In this document: in pieces, positions 29,813-39,210 of the stretch
Numbering within the stretch: position 1 is the stretch's first letter
Layout of the letters: the number at the start of each line of letters is the position of its first letter
Assembly (NCBI GenBank): GCA_047174045.1
Contig: JBCQUJ010000003.1
Coordinates: 38,005-102,004 of the forward strand
DNA length: 64,000 bases
Direction: 5' to 3'
Source of the DNA: Rikenellaceae bacterium
Lineage (GTDB): Bacteria > Bacteroidota > Bacteroidia > Bacteroidales > Rikenellaceae
The notes under the pieces: model-generated
Seen by the model: the letters and a program-made list of their open reading frames with translations, nothing else
Databases searched by the model: none
Told to the model about the DNA's origin: nothing
Made by a program: the position numbers and the translations under genes

Positions 29813-30741
29813 ACGATATATTCTTCATTGTTCTTATCGGTGCTTCGCTCGACACGTTGGTTGGTGATCCATACTGGATGCCACACCCTATACGCACATT
29901 TGGCAACGCAATTACACTCTTTGAGCGCAAATTGAACCGAGGCAATTTCCGCATAGCGAAGGGTGCCATATCCTGGATCATTCTCTGCTGTGGCGCATGG
30001 AGCTTTTTCCACTTTGCTGGTAGAGCAATCGTAAATTTTTCAGATATACCATACATTGCATATAGCGCAATATTCTTCTTCTACGCAATTAGCAATAGAT
30101 GCTTGATCGAAGAGGGGTTGAAGGTCGAGCGAATCCTTGCAAAGGGGGATTTAGCTGGGGCGCGCAAACAACTCAGTATGATTGTTGGGCGCGACACAAG
30201 CGAACTTTCTGCAAACCAGATTCGTAGTGCAGTGGTAGAGACTCTATCCGAAAACCTTAGCGATGGTGTTGTTGCACCACTACTATACTTCGCCATTGGA
30301 GGTATTCCGATGATGATGCTCTACAAGATGATAAATACGCTCGACTCAATGGTGGGCTATAAGAACGAACGCTACAAAGATTTTGGCTTCGTTTCAGCAA
30401 AGATGGATGATGTCGCAAACTTCATCCCGGCACGTTTGACTGCATTTTTAATGGTCGTTGCGAGCTTCTCTTGGCGCGCAATTACACATATTGCAAAATA
30501 CTCTAGCAACCACTCTAGCCCAAACTCTGGCTACCCCGAATCCGCACTATCAGGTGTTCTAGATTGTCGTTTAGGTGGACCAAGTAGCTATTTTGGAACA
30601 GTTGTCGAGAAGCCATATATCGGCGAAAATAGTCGTGAACTAACACACGAAGATGTCATTGCAACACTATGGCTGAATGGTAAAGTTGCAGCGATTTGCT
30701 ACGCTGCACTACTTATTTTTTCGTTTTACCAGCGTAGTTAG
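29803..30741 (+). CDS. cbiB: Adenosylcobinamide-phosphate synthase
   Basis: GDP..PHP, IVGRDT, ENLSDGVVAP, NTLDSMVGY, SPNSGYPE. Confidence 0.95.
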   Translation: MALNDIFFIVLIGASLDTLVGDPYWMPHPIRTFGNAITLFERKLNRGNFRIAKGAISWIILCCGAWSFFHFAGRAIVNFSDIPYIAYSAIFFFYAISNRCLIEEGLKVERILAKGDLAGARKQLSMIVGRDTSELSANQIRSAVVETLSENLSDGVVAPLLYFAIGGIPMMMLYKMINTLDSMVGYKNERYKDFGFVSAKMDDVANFIPARLTAFLMVVASFSWRAITHIAKYSSNHSSPNSGYPESALSGVLDCRLGGPSSYFGTVVEKPYIGENSRELTHEDVIATLWLNGKVAAICYAALLIFSFYQRS

Positions 30742-31636
30742 ATTTCTTCTCAACTATATCATACATCTGGTTCTCGATTGCAAAATCAATATGCTCCATA
30801 AATAGCTCCTGAACCTCTTTTAACTCTCCAAGCCCCTCAAGGCGCGTTGTGACATTGTAGCCAAGTTTACTCAAACGCACCCTCCAATCGCCCTCAATAT
30901 CCTTTGCGGAGTGTTGACCAGAGACAAACATGAAGGGCATTAGCAATACATCCTTCTTGCGCCTATCGTTCATTAGGCGAAGAGTTGCAGAGTTGAAATC
31001 TGGATACCCTTCTATAGTTGCAACGTGCATCGCATCATACCCCAACTCATCTATAACATACTGAGTCATAGCATATTGCGCAGTTGATGGAGTATACGTT
31101 CCGTGACCAACCAACAGTAGCGATACCCCCTTTGGTTGCTTTTGTCGCAAAGCCTTAACTACGACCTCATAATCATTTTTGCTATACAATAGTGGTTGTC
31201 CCACACGAATATCCTTAAACAGAGATCGCACAGAAAGAACATCGCGGCGCAGGGACTCCATCTCTACACCCTCTATTATGTTTGAACTCTGCACAATGAC
31301 ATGTGTAAACCCCTCATTAGCAAGCTTTTGCAACGCTTCAGCAGGATTATCAATCTGCTCACCCAAACCCGACATCTTGCGAATTATGATTCGCGATGTC
31401 CACGCCTGACGATGCTCCAACTCCGCATATCGCTCCTTCGCAAGGTTATTCAGCACATCAATTGTCTTAGAGCGAGTATCGCTATATGATGTTCCGAAAT
31501 GGACCATAAGAAGTGCGACTTTATCACCCTCTTCGAGCGAATCGAAGAGGTTATCTTCATAGTAATTTGTCTTCGCAAAGAGGGTATTTACTGCACAAAA
31601 GAGTGCAAAAACGAGCAAAAAAGTGAGTTTTTTCAT
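30713..31636 (-). CDS. cbiK: Sirohydrochlorin cobaltochelatase CbiK with N-terminal signal peptide
   Basis: HFGTS, AWTSRII, GHGT, EGYP, PFMFVSGQH; MKKLTFLLVFALFCAVNTLFA leader. Confidence 0.88.
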   Translation of the reverse strand: MKKLTFLLVFALFCAVNTLFAKTNYYEDNLFDSLEEGDKVALLMVHFGTSYSDTRSKTIDVLNNLAKERYAELEHRQAWTSRIIIRKMSGLGEQIDNPAEALQKLANEGFTHVIVQSSNIIEGVEMESLRRDVLSVRSLFKDIRVGQPLLYSKNDYEVVVKALRQKQPKGVSLLLVGHGTYTPSTAQYAMTQYVIDELGYDAMHVATIEGYPDFNSATLRLMNDRRKKDVLLMPFMFVSGQHSAKDIEGDWRVRLSKLGYNVTTRLEGLGELKEVQELFMEHIDFAIENQMYDIVEKKSNYAGKTKK

Positions 31637-31637
31637 C

Positions 31638-31707
31638 AAAAAAGTGCAGATTATTGCACAAAAATAGCAAAAAAAGTGCAGATTATTGCACAAAAATAGC
31701 AAAAAAA
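31638..31707. repeat. 32-bp perfect tandem duplication covering the cbiK promoter
   Basis: AAAAAAGTGCAGATTATTGCACAAAAATAGCA twice, plus a partial third copy. Confidence 0.95.
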
Positions 31708-31742
31708 CAGCAGTTTTTCTCCATTTTTCACACCCTAAACAC

Positions 31743-31774
31743 GAAAATCCTCTGTAGTTATACAGAGGATTTTC
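31743..31774. terminator. Perfect 14-bp inverted repeat, probable terminator after the AraC gene
   Basis: GAAAATCCTCTGTA-gtta-TACAGAGGATTTTC. Confidence 0.75.
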
Positions 31775-31798
31775 ACTTAAATATCAGTTATAAATCTA

Positions 31799-32761
31799 CT
31801 ATTGCTGCGTAGAAAATGTATCATCAGAACTCTCCGCGCAAATCGGCATCTCAACAACACCAACATCACTCTTTTGCTCGCTACAAAAAGCGTTAACACT
31901 CATCTTGTGTGTTGAGCGATAAACCGCAGGAGTGCATCCATAGAAACGCTTGAAAAGCTTGATGAAATGCGATGTATTGGGGAATGCACAGATAATACCA
32001 ACTTGAGAGATTGATTCGCGCGTAGTGTTCAACAACATCTTAGCGTAGCTCAATCGTTGACGCAAGTACCATTGGTGTGGTGGTGCGCCAAAGATTCTTT
32101 TGAACTCCTTCTTGAACGATGTTACGGAACGGCTACACTCCTCTGCCAACATATCTATTGACTTGTCACACAACAAGTTAGAGTAGATAATACGCTCAAA
32201 CTCAGCCTTCTCCTTATCCAAACTTCCAAGAAGCAATCGCTTGATAGAGTTATTCTCGTGTGACATAACAACGTGCGTCAACTCTGTAAGCTTCAAACTC
32301 TCAAAGTCTGAACCACCAGTAAACCCACCAAGATCATAGAGATGCTCTACTGAGTTGAAAAAACTCTTCGTTATTGCAGATGGAGATTCAACAGCGACAG
32401 AACTACTTACGCCGCGAACACCATTACCACGATCAACAGCCTCCATATCACTATTGCATGTTAGCGTAGCCATAACCTGCTGGATCTTCTCAGGAGAGAA
32501 ATAGAACATAATCTGCTCAAACCCACTGCTATCTGGAACATTCTCAATGTAGTGCGTTCCTGGAGTTAGGAAAAACAGATCACCTTTGCCAACACGCAAC
32601 GTACGATCGTCATCATGAATAAATTTTTCTCCACTCAAGACAAAGCCAATTGCATTGCGAAGTAGCTTTGTAGAGCCTACACCACTGTTTTGTGTTGTAG
32701 AATACTTAACGATAGTGCGCTCACCGCAACTGCCCGCTCTCAAATCTTCATTTCTTTTCAT
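31799..32761 (-). CDS. AraC family transcriptional regulator
   Basis: Cupin-like N-terminus; LAEECSRSVTSFKKEF and FPNTSHFIKLFKRFYGCTP HTH motifs. Confidence 0.92.
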   Translation of the reverse strand: MKRNEDLRAGSCGERTIVKYSTTQNSGVGSTKLLRNAIGFVLSGEKFIHDDDRTLRVGKGDLFFLTPGTHYIENVPDSSGFEQIMFYFSPEKIQQVMATLTCNSDMEAVDRGNGVRGVSSSVAVESPSAITKSFFNSVEHLYDLGGFTGGSDFESLKLTELTHVVMSHENNSIKRLLLGSLDKEKAEFERIIYSNLLCDKSIDMLAEECSRSVTSFKKEFKRIFGAPPHQWYLRQRLSYAKMLLNTTRESISQVGIICAFPNTSHFIKLFKRFYGCTPAVYRSTHKMSVNAFCSEQKSDVGVVEMPICAESSDDTFSTQQ

Positions 32762-32980
32762 ACTCGTTTATTTTTGTTAGTTCATTGTTCTATATTGCAA
32801 ATGTAAATATAATATATGAAAGATACAAACACTTTATCAACATCTACAATGTTTTATTGTATTAATAAACCTAGCCCAACTATTTATCTAAAACAAAAGA
32901 CAAACCAACAACTACAACAACACTGCCAAAGAGAAAAAATAAGCCTAAGAAATAACACCCAAAGAGAAGAAGCAAGCAAC

Positions 32981-33014
32981 AAAAAAATCCCTCGCAAAAA
33001 TATTGCGAGGGATT
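32981..33014 (-). terminator. Terminator of pyrH-frr
   Basis: AATCCCTCGCAA/TTGCGAGGGATT stem preceded by an A-run on plus (U-tract on minus). Confidence 0.85.
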
Positions 33015-33039
33015 AAAATCCAATATAGAAAACCAGACC

Positions 33040-33597
33040 TTAGACAGTCATAATCTCCTTCTCCTTAGCATCAATAAGTGCATCAATCTGCTTACTAAAC
33101 TTATCCAACATCTTCTGAGCCTGAGCCTCACCATCCTTAGCCATATCCTCACCCATACCATCTTTCTGAGCCTTTTTGAAAGCCTCGACAGCATCACGGC
33201 GTATGTTACGCAACGATATGCGCGCAGCCTCACCCTCGCCACGAACCTGCTTAACAAACTCCTTACGGCGCTCCTCTGTCAAAGGTGGCAACGAAAGACG
33301 AATCTGCTCACCATTGTTTGACGGAGTTAGTCCGATGTTTGAGTCGATAATAGCCTTCTCAATAGGACGAATCATCTCCTTATCCCACGGTTGGATAATA
33401 ATAGTTTTTGCATCAGGCACAGTGACACTCGCTGCACCAGAAACTGGTGTAGATGTACCGTAATACTCTACCATTACTGAATTCAACACATTTGGCGAAG
33501 CCTTACCAGCACGAACATTTGCCAAAGCCTCCTCGAAGTGAAGGAATGCCTTTTGCATACGATCACTAGCTGTATTTAGAATCTCTTGTGTCTCCAT
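33040..33597 (-). CDS. frr: Ribosome recycling factor
   Basis: VRAGKA, IQPWD, PPLTEERRK, IRRD. Confidence 0.97.
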   Translation of the reverse strand: METQEILNTASDRMQKAFLHFEEALANVRAGKASPNVLNSVMVEYYGTSTPVSGAASVTVPDAKTIIIQPWDKEMIRPIEKAIIDSNIGLTPSNNGEQIRLSLPPLTEERRKEFVKQVRGEGEAARISLRNIRRDAVEAFKKAQKDGMGEDMAKDGEAQAQKMLDKFSKQIDALIDAKEKEIMTV

Positions 33598-33634
33598 ATC
33601 TTTTACCTATTAATAATATAGTATGTTTTCTAAA

Positions 33635-34342
33635 TTAGTTCTTAACGATTGTACCGATGTTCTCGCCATTCATAACCTTTTGAAGGTTACCCGGAGTATC
33701 CATATCAAATACGATGATTCCCAAATCATTGTCGCGACACAACGTAAACGCCGTAAGATCCATAATCTTCAAGCGGCGCTCATAGATCTCATCAAACGTA
33801 ATCTCATCAAACTTAGTAGCAGAAGGATCCTTCTCCGGATCTGCTGTATAGATACCATCAACGCGCGTACCCTTAAGCATTACATCAGCCTCAATCTCAA
33901 TACCACGCAAAGCAGAAGCTGTATCTGTAGAGAAATATGGATTAGATGTTCCACCAGAGATAATGACGATATAACCCTGCTCCATCAACTCCAAAGCCTT
34001 AGCCTTTGAGTAATACTCACCAATAGGCTCCATACGAATCGAAGTCAAAACCTTAGTCTTAACGCCATTAGCCTCAAGAGCTGAATGCAAAGCCAAAGAG
34101 TTTATAACAGTAGCCAACATACCCATTTGGTCACCCTTAACGCGATCATAACCCTGCTTAGAGCCACTCAAACCGCGGAAGATGTTGCCACCACCGATTA
34201 CGATTCCGATCTGAACACCAGTAGCTGCCATATCCTTAATCTGCTCCGCGTATGATTGCAACATATCAGTTGACAAACCATAACCTTGAGTTCCCTGCAG
34301 CGACTCGCCACTTAGCTTCAACAATACTCTCTTGTACTTCAT
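33635..34342 (-). CDS. pyrH: UMP kinase
   Basis: LLKLSGE, GGGNIFRG, GDQMGMLAT, YFSTD. Confidence 0.97.
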   Translation of the reverse strand: MKYKRVLLKLSGESLQGTQGYGLSTDMLQSYAEQIKDMAATGVQIGIVIGGGNIFRGLSGSKQGYDRVKGDQMGMLATVINSLALHSALEANGVKTKVLTSIRMEPIGEYYSKAKALELMEQGYIVIISGGTSNPYFSTDTASALRGIEIEADVMLKGTRVDGIYTADPEKDPSATKFDEITFDEIYERRLKIMDLTAFTLCRDNDLGIIVFDMDTPGNLQKVMNGENIGTIVKN

Positions 34343-34464
34343 CACCTACTTATTTATTAGTCCCCTATATTACTCCTATAATTGGTGCGAAGATACGCTT
34401 TTTCAATCAAAATTCCCACTTTTTTCATATCTTTGTAACCCACAAAGACAAAATAGCAACGCAA

Positions 34465-36366
34465 GTGCAGAACCAAGTGCAGAACGATAAAAACATATTG
34501 ACAAAGGTAGATTCTCCAGCAGATCTGAAGCGACTCACAAAAGAGGAGCTAAAGAGCTACTGCACACAACTACGTCAATATATTATCGAAGAATGCGCGA
34601 CAAATCCAGGACACCTATCGTCAAGCCTAGGAGTAATAGAGCTAACAGCTGCGCTGCACTACACTTTTGACACGCCGCACGATGCGCTAATTTGGGACGT
34701 AGGACACCAAACATATCCACACAAAATCATAACTGGACGCCGCGAAGCATTCAAAGAGAAGAGGCGAAAAGGTGGCATAAGCGGATTTCCGAAGATGAGC
34801 GAAAGCGAATACGACAGCTTCGGAGGAGGTCACGCATCTATCTCAATATCAGCAGCATACGGAATTGCAAAAGGCGCTCAACTAAAGGGTGAAAAGAGAG
34901 ATGTTGTAGCGGTGATTGGCGATGGCTCGATGACCGGAGGGTTAGCATTCGAAGGACTAAATAACCTAGGAGCAGACCCCAAAAGCAATGTGCTAGTGAT
35001 CCTAAACGACAACAACATGTCGATAGACGAATCGACCGGAGCGCTAAGCAAATACTTGATAAGGATATCAACATCGCCACGCTACAACAGATTCAAGCAA
35101 TGGCTATGGAGTGGATTAGCACGAACACCATTCATACTCAACACGTTCCGAAAAATTGGAGGTGCGTTCAAACGCGGAATACTTCAACGCAGCAATCTAT
35201 TCGAGGCGCTAAACATGAGATATTTTGGACCTGTAGATGGTCACGACATAGAGCGACTAACAGAGGTGCTAACAGCACTGCGCAAAATAGAAGGGCCAAA
35301 GCTACTCCATGTAATGACGACAAAAGGCAAAGGGTTTGAACCTGCCGAAAACAACACAGCATGGCACGCCCCAGGGCATTTCAACGCTGCAACGGGTGAG
35401 AAGATAGCTCCAGCAACGACAAAGGATAGGTTCCAAGATGTATTTGGAGAAACACTACTAGAGCTTGCAAAAATAGATGAACGCGTAATAGGAATTACGC
35501 CAGCTATGCTAAGCGGATCATCACTCAATATACTCAACGATGCGATGCCAGAGCGATGCTTCGATGTGGGAATAGCTGAAGGACACGCCGTGACATTCGC
35601 TGCAGGTGCAGCTGCAGGAGGATTGCGCCCATTCTGCAACATCTACTCATCGTTCATGCAGCGCGCATATGACAACATTATACACGATGTAGCGCTACAA
35701 AACCTACCCGTAACACTATGCCTTGACAGAGGTGGGCTTGTTGGCGAAGATGGTGCAACACACCACGGAGCATACGACCTAGCTTATCTATCCGTGGTAC
35801 CGCAACTAACCGTAGCTGCGCCAAGAGATGAGTTAGAGCTAAGAAATATGCTATACACTGCCCTACACCACAATGCACCAATAGCGATTCGCTACCCACG
35901 AGGTGGTGGAATAGGCACAAAATGGCGCAATGAACCATTCGCAAAAATAGAAATCGGAAAGTGTGTACAGCTAAGAGAAGGAACATCATCAAAAGTTGCT
36001 GTCGCAACAATCGGAACAACAGCGACATTCGCCAGTGAAGCGCTTGATATATTAGCAAAAGAGGACGACACAGCAATATCGCACTACGACATGCGATTCG
36101 CAAAGCCGCTCGACAACGAGATGCTCCTGGAAATCGCTGCAAAATATGAAAACATCGTAACGATAGAAGATGGAACACTACGCGGGGGTGTCGGCGAAGC
36201 GATAACAACACTGATACACAACAACCGCCATGGCAACAAAACTTGCAACGTTGTTTCACTTGGTATTGCAGATGAATTTATACACCACGGAACACCTGCA
36301 GAGCTATACGCAGAGTGCGGATTCGACACAAAAAGCATATATAAAACGCTAAAAGAGTTGTTGTAA
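34465..36366 (+). CDS. dxs: 1-deoxy-D-xylulose-5-phosphate synthase
   Basis: GHLSSSLG, WDVGHQ, GDGSMTGG..EGLNN, IAEGHAV, DGATHHG; start GTG at 34465 or 34477 (uncertain). Confidence 0.95.
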   Translation: MQNQVQNDKNILTKVDSPADLKRLTKEELKSYCTQLRQYIIEECATNPGHLSSSLGVIELTAALHYTFDTPHDALIWDVGHQTYPHKIITGRREAFKEKRRKGGISGFPKMSESEYDSFGGGHASISISAAYGIAKGAQLKGEKRDVVAVIGDGSMTGGLAFEGLNNLGADPKSNVLVILNDNNMSIDESTGALSKYLIRISTSPRYNRFKQWLWSGLARTPFILNTFRKIGGAFKRGILQRSNLFEALNMRYFGPVDGHDIERLTEVLTALRKIEGPKLLHVMTTKGKGFEPAENNTAWHAPGHFNAATGEKIAPATTKDRFQDVFGETLLELAKIDERVIGITPAMLSGSSLNILNDAMPERCFDVGIAEGHAVTFAAGAAAGGLRPFCNIYSSFMQRAYDNIIHDVALQNLPVTLCLDRGGLVGEDGATHHGAYDLAYLSVVPQLTVAAPRDELELRNMLYTALHHNAPIAIRYPRGGGIGTKWRNEPFAKIEIGKCVQLREGTSSKVAVATIGTTATFASEALDILAKEDDTAISHYDMRFAKPLDNEMLLEIAAKYENIVTIEDGTLRGGVGEAITTLIHNNRHGNKTCNVVSLGIADEFIHHGTPAELYAECGFDTKSIYKTLKELL

Positions 36367-36452
36367 AACTCGAAAAATGGCCCAATTATTGCCAACGAAT
36401 TACTCCTGATACACTTTGTATCGACAACAAAGAGTAACTCAAACGCAAACAA

Positions 36453-37256
36453 ATGGGACCACTAATGAAACTCGCTGCAATAGCGACACTCATAACATCA
36501 ACCGCACTAGCTATAACCGCCGCAAAGGTTAGCAGCGCAACAGCAGCGACAACAAATCGAACAACAGTCGCACAATTCGACATAACGAAATACCTCGGCA
36601 AATGGCACGAAATAGCGCGATTCGACAATAAGTTCGAACGAAACCTCATAAACGTAACTGCAACATACACAATGTTGCCAGACGGAAAAATTGAGGTCCA
36701 AAATAGAGGATACAACACCAAAGAACAACAATGGAGCTGCGCAACAGGCAAAGCAAAACGCACCGCAACACCAGGAAAACTCAAAGTATCTTTCTTCTGG
36801 TTCTTCTACGCACAATACAACATACTCGCGCTAGGAAAACCAACTGACCCGACAGAACAATATCCGTGGGCGCTAGTGGGATCAAAATCAAACAAATACC
36901 TCTGGATATTGTCGCGCACAGACACACTTGACACCAACACAACAAGAAAAATAATCGCCATAGCGCAAGCACGAGGATACGACACATCAAAGCTGACATT
37001 CAGAAAACAAGCGCCAAACACACCGCAACAGAAAGAGTGCTGCACAACAAAAGTTGTTAGCACCAACCAAACGCACAACAAAATAGCGAACAACATAGCA
37101 GTAAGGTTCATCACAGAAAACATAGCATACGCATTCGATATGCTACACTACGCCATCATACAAAGCGAACCATACAAAATTGCTACAAGCGGAAAATTAT
37201 CGGACGAAATAGAGGCAATAATATACAACAAAAAAAGTGTGGCTAACCGAAGTTAA
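36453..37256 (+). CDS. Lipocalin (Blc-like) with C-terminal extension
   Basis: YLGKWHEIARF, TATY, LKVSFF, YLWILSR. Confidence 0.85.
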   Translation: MGPLMKLAAIATLITSTALAITAAKVSSATAATTNRTTVAQFDITKYLGKWHEIARFDNKFERNLINVTATYTMLPDGKIEVQNRGYNTKEQQWSCATGKAKRTATPGKLKVSFFWFFYAQYNILALGKPTDPTEQYPWALVGSKSNKYLWILSRTDTLDTNTTRKIIAIAQARGYDTSKLTFRKQAPNTPQQKECCTTKVVSTNQTHNKIANNIAVRFITENIAYAFDMLHYAIIQSEPYKIATSGKLSDEIEAIIYNKKSVANRS

Positions 37257-37262
37257 CCACAC
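37231..37262 (-). terminator. Terminator of the aminotransferase gene
   Basis: GTGTGGCTAAC-cgaa-GTTAACCACAC preceded by an A-run. Confidence 0.75.
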
Positions 37263-37286
37263 CCATTATAATAAAGATATTATATC

Positions 37287-38468
37287 TTACTTGTTGTAAC
37301 GCTCCTTGATCAATTGAGCCGCCTTAGCCAAATGCTCCTCAGGGCAACACAACGTAATACGAACATATTTCAAGCCCTCAGATCCGAAGATAGCACCTGG
37401 AGTGATAAACACATCGCACTTCTCCATAACCTCGTCAGAGAATTGGTAGCTATCGCCCTCGTAACCCTCAGGAAGCTCAGCCCAGATAAATAGACCAGCT
37501 TGACCCTCGCGATACTTACACCCTAGAGCATCAAGGATCTCATATCCTTGCTTCTCGCGAGCCTTGTAGATAGCGTTCAACTCCTCGAACCACTCATCAC
37601 CAAGCTCCAAAGCTGTCTCAGATGCCGCTTGGATTGGGTAGAACATACCTGTATCCATGTTGCTCTTGAAAGTAAGGATTGAATCGATCCACTCTTGCTT
37701 ACCACAGATGCAACCTACACGCCATCCAGCCATAGAGTGACCCTTTGACAAAGAGTTCATCTCCATACAAACATCGCGAGAACCCTCGATCTCAAGGATT
37801 GACATTGGCTTCTCGTTACGGATGAAGCTATATGGGTTATCGTGTACGATCAAGATATTGTGCTTAGCACCAAATGCAACGATCTGCTCGAACAACTCGC
37901 GAGTAGGAGTTTGACCAGTTGGCATGTTTGGGTAGTTGATAAGCATGAACTTAACACCCTCAAGACCTGCAGCCTCGATAGCAGCGAAATCTGGAGTAAA
38001 GCCATTCTCCTTGTTCAAAGAGTAAGGAACCATAACACCACCTGACAAACGTACTGCTGCAGAGTAAGTTGGGTAACCTGGGTTTGGAACCAAAACCTTA
38101 TCACCTTGGTTAAGGAATGTCATACAAAGGTGCATGATACCCTCCTTAGAACCGATAAGAGGAAGAACCTCTGTATTTGGGTTCAAATCAACATTGTACC
38201 ACTTCTTGTACCAAGCAGCGTAAGCGTTACGAAGAATAGGCTCTCCCTTGAAAGACATATACTTGTGAACGTCTGGACGTTGAGCCTCCTTAGACAAACG
38301 GTCGATAACCGCTTGAGCAGGTGGAAGATCTGGGCTACCCATCGCAAGCTTCACGATAGTGCGGCCTGTAGCAGCCTCTGTGTCTGCGATCTCACGCAAT
38401 TTTCTTGAGAAATAGTACTCACCAATACCATCTAGGCGCTGCGAGCGCTCGATTGTTACTTTTGACAT
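37287..38468 (-). CDS. PLP-dependent class I/II aminotransferase
   Basis: GSPDLPP, LIGSKEG, NYPNMPTG, DNPY, SLSKGHSMAGWRVG. Confidence 0.9.
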   Translation of the reverse strand: MSKVTIERSQRLDGIGEYYFSRKLREIADTEAATGRTIVKLAMGSPDLPPAQAVIDRLSKEAQRPDVHKYMSFKGEPILRNAYAAWYKKWYNVDLNPNTEVLPLIGSKEGIMHLCMTFLNQGDKVLVPNPGYPTYSAAVRLSGGVMVPYSLNKENGFTPDFAAIEAAGLEGVKFMLINYPNMPTGQTPTRELFEQIVAFGAKHNILIVHDNPYSFIRNEKPMSILEIEGSRDVCMEMNSLSKGHSMAGWRVGCICGKQEWIDSILTFKSNMDTGMFYPIQAASETALELGDEWFEELNAIYKAREKQGYEILDALGCKYREGQAGLFIWAELPEGYEGDSYQFSDEVMEKCDVFITPGAIFGSEGLKYVRITLCCPEEHLAKAAQLIKERYNK

Positions 38469-38600
38469 AGTTTTATTATTTTATTGATTAATTTTTCTCT
38501 CAACAAGTGTTAAACAAATAACACAGGGCAAATATAGTTATAATTTTAATTATTGGCAAATTTAGCCTTTAATCTACATCGTTTTTGCCTTAATAAGCTC

Positions 38601-39173
38601 TTAATTCTGCTCTAATTTTGCTTTTTCATAGCGATAGCCCTGAAGACGCAAGCCAACCGCAACACCGAGTTTGTATAGAACCTTTGTGGTTCTGGCAAAG
38701 ATATGGAATGCCGTAACACTCTGAGCCTCAACACCCTCCTTGCGAATCATCGTTTGCGCCGTCTGAGCAGCACTGCGCAACAAGTTCTCGATACGTGTTG
38801 CATCCTCTCCCTCAAGCGCATAGCCCAAAAGACCCTGCAAAACATACTCATCCATCTCATCGAAGCCACGAGGCGTTGCAAGCAGAGTATAGAAATCCTC
38901 TGTATCGGCGTAGCTCTCCCAATCCGTATCCCACAACACCGCGGCACCAATACCCATGTAACCTGCCCAAGCGATAGCTACAGATGGATATTGAGCAATC
39001 TGCGGTACTGCAGCGGCCATATACTCTGGTGCTGATGTCTGCCACTTTTCATCAAGCTCCTCAGCCGCCAACAACTCACCCTCCAAGACTCCAGCATCGG
39101 TCATTTGACGCAACAAAACCTGCATCAAACTCTCCTCATAGCTCTCCAAATACTCTAACTGCTCCTGTTCCAT
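38601..39173 (-). CDS. Hypothetical protein (Bacteroidetes type)
   Basis: Clean 190-aa acidic ORF co-oriented with yggS; PRGFDEMDEY motif. Confidence 0.75.
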   Translation of the reverse strand: MEQEQLEYLESYEESLMQVLLRQMTDAGVLEGELLAAEELDEKWQTSAPEYMAAAVPQIAQYPSVAIAWAGYMGIGAAVLWDTDWESYADTEDFYTLLATPRGFDEMDEYVLQGLLGYALEGEDATRIENLLRSAAQTAQTMIRKEGVEAQSVTAFHIFARTTKVLYKLGVAVGLRLQGYRYEKAKLEQN

Positions 39174-39210
39174 ATTCTACATTCTATATATTTCTATATC
39201 GTATTACTAT

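Noticed and set aside
32816-33016. 66-aa ORF in A-rich intergenic DNA
   Set aside because: Low-complexity K/Q/N-rich translation that runs through the frr terminator; no recognisable motif.
34252-34464. N-terminal extensions in the ORF track (dxs; also dapB, ABC-F, cobU, cbiK, rpmB, OM barrel)
   Set aside because: The extensions cross promoters or neighbouring genes; family similarity begins at downstream starts.
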